DNA of 62,870 nt, the filler included, from Craspedostauros australis (taxonomy: Eukaryota): NCBI GenBank assembly GCA_030167865.1. It is 14 parts of 14 records of this genome, joined end to end, with 100 filler letters (N's around TTAATTAATTAA, not from the genome) between each part and the next. Parts side by side here need not be neighbours in the genome. Positions count along the whole stretch, not along the records: positions 60,239 to 62,870 come from JALAGF010004525.1; 13 more parts are not named here. One strand, 5' to 3'. The position numbers and the translations under genes are program-made. Shown one piece after another: positions 60,724 to 62,870 of this stretch (position 1 is its first letter; each line of letters begins with the position of its first letter). The notes under the pieces were generated by a model. The model was not told where the DNA came from and searched no databases. It worked only from the letters and a program-made list of their open reading frames with translations.

Positions 60724-62870
60724 GCGAACCCTACGACTGCAAGCTTGCCGCACTGCATGTGCGCAAGATTCTTGCGCTGGAGCGCTGGTACGACAGCCAA
60801 GGAGGCATGGAAGCCAGCACCTGGCTTGAGCTGAACGCAGCTCGCCTTCAGACCTTCATGAAGAAGGAGAAGAAGGCAGAACCGAAGACAACCATGGCTG
60901 AAGTGCCCACACCGGATGTGGTCCCCTCGTCTACCCCATCCTTGGATGATGTCGCGGCCTTCAAGCGTGGCACCAAGCGCAACCTGAGCGACTACCCGAC
61001 CCTGAAGAACGATGAGCAGTTCCTGCAGTTCGATCGCCGTCTTCGAGCCACCGCAGCAGCCCATGGAATCAAGAACGCCGTCGATCCTGAGTACCTGCCA
61101 GCGAGTGAAGAGCTTGCACTGTTCGAAGAGCAACGTACGTTCCTGTACTATGTTCTCTCGAACTCCCTTCGCACCATGAAGAGCCGCAACTGTCTCTTGC
61201 CGTACGCCGACAAGGAGGATGGACATGGCATCTACATGATGTTGAAGGAGGAGTACGCCTCTGGCGTAGCGGCGACCAACAAGGCCCAGATGATCCAAGC
61301 CGAGATCAGGAACCTGAAGCTCAACAACACCTGGAACAGCAGCCGTGAGACATTCGTCAACAGCTGGTTGTCGAAGGTGAACGACCTGGAGGAGGTCCAA
61401 GACAGCCCAGTCGCCGATGACTGGAAGATGCAATGGCTGCGTGAAGCCATCGCTCCAGACAACGACCTCTGTCGCGCTCTCGATGACGCTGACGCTCTCC
61501 AAACCAACATGAGCCTCACCACCGGCAAGATGGACTTCTCGTTGGACTTCGATGCCTTCCTTGGCATTGTGCGTCGTTCTGCGCAACGCAACGACTTGCA
61601 CAACCCGCGCAACAAGACGAAGCGCAGGATCAACAACACCAACAAGGACAAGGATCAAGGCGGAGACAACGCCAACAAGAACAAGACTGGAACCCGTCGC
61701 ATTCCGGATGACGAGTGGAAGAAGATGACCTGGCCTCAGAAGAAGGCGCACATGGAAGCGCGTGGCCAATGGGACCCTTCCAAGAACAAGAACAAGGACA
61801 AGTCCCAGCGTCAGACCAACAAGTCAGTTGGCACTGACAAGAACCCATCGGTCCCCGCTTCTGGGGAGACCNGTACCAAGANCAACGCTGCCCCCNGTNA
61901 CGCTATCAAGCGTATGCTGGCGAACACCCAAACNAGCAAGAGTGAAGAGATCACAGTCGACGGAAAGGTCTATCGCGCTGTGAACATCACTGACGTTCGC
62001 TACAGCTTCAACAAGGCAACCACCAACATGTCTGGTTCCCTGATTGACAGTGGAGCGAACGGAGGTCTCGCTGGAGACGATGTTGTGGTCCTGGACAGGA
62101 CTGGGCATACTGCGGATATCAACGGGATCGGTGATGCCACGATCGTCAACCTCGACATCGGTACCGTGGCTGGCCTCGTCATGTCGACTGAAGGACCCAT
62201 CATCGCGAAGTTCTACCAGTATGCCATCCATGGGAAAGGNAAGACAATCCATTCCTCCAACCAACTCGGAGCGTTTGGGTTGGATGTGAACGAGCGTCCA
62301 AGCAGCCTACCAGGTGGTCGTCAATCCATCATCGTGCCAGACGGACACATCATCCCTCTCGCGATCAGACAAGGTCTGTCCTACCTGGACATGCGTCCAC
62401 CCACAGCCAAAGAGATGGACGCCTATCCGCACGTTGACTTCACGGCGGATGAGGTTTGGGACCCATCCGCACTCGATCAAGAAACCCTGACGGCAGAACA
62501 GTCACTCGATGAAAATTCTGACGAAACTCCTGATTTCCAGGACGCCCTTAAGGTTTCTAAGACCGCGAAATCTGGCGAGATGACGACACCTGTTTCCATC
62601 CAACGTACGCCAATCGACTACGAGGCGCTCCGCCAACGTTTTGGTTGGATCCCCGCCCTACGCATCCGAGACACGCTCCGCTGTACCTCCCAATGGTACC
62701 GCTCCTCCGAGCGCTTTGCGATGCGTAAGCATTTCAAGACAAGATTCCCAGCAGCCAACGTCAACCGTCTCCACGAGACGGTGGCGATGGACACACTCTT
62801 TTCAGATACACCAGCACACGATGATGGTGTTCCAGGACATGGTGGGTGTACCATGATCCAGATCTACGTT
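60724..62870 (+). mobile_element. CoDi-type copia gag-protease-early integrase ORF (runs off the window; missing from the ORF track)
   Basis: AFKRGTKRNLSDYPTL (gag), LIDSGANGGLAG (protease), LPGGRQSI, VAMDTLFSD (integrase). Confidence 0.92.

Noticed and set aside
60724..60740. GCGAACCCTACGACT as a PBS complementary to a tRNA T-arm
   Set aside because: It translates as internal gag sequence homologous to the 27471 ORF.

Overview
Eukaryotic, almost certainly diatom DNA: it has a silicon-transporter (SIT) fragment, CoDi-type Ty1/copia elements and ASAF-type plastid presequences. The window is not one locus. Thirteen artificial 100-bp spacers (44 N + TTAATTAATTAA + 44 N) join 14 short contigs, so adjacency across spacers means nothing. 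The content is repeat-rich: six copia elements or fragments, several solo or nested LTRs, non-LTR fragments and a contig bounded by long inverted repeats. Host genes include five ankyrin-repeat genes, a plastid-targeted PPR protein, an alpha/beta-hydrolase and an LRR-like protein. Best leads: (1) three ANK-coiled-coil-BTB paralogs with 2, 6 and 13 near-identical repeats that vary at DARPin-like surface positions, each separately cut off from its BTB domain; (2) a young, internally deleted CoDi element that keeps one open 891-codon patchwork ORF and has a PBS matching a tRNA-Asn half; (3) a copia RNase H running into a long extra region with a KOW/Tudor-like segment; (4) an LTR element inserted into a SIT gene. 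Family assignments come from remembered motifs, not database searches.
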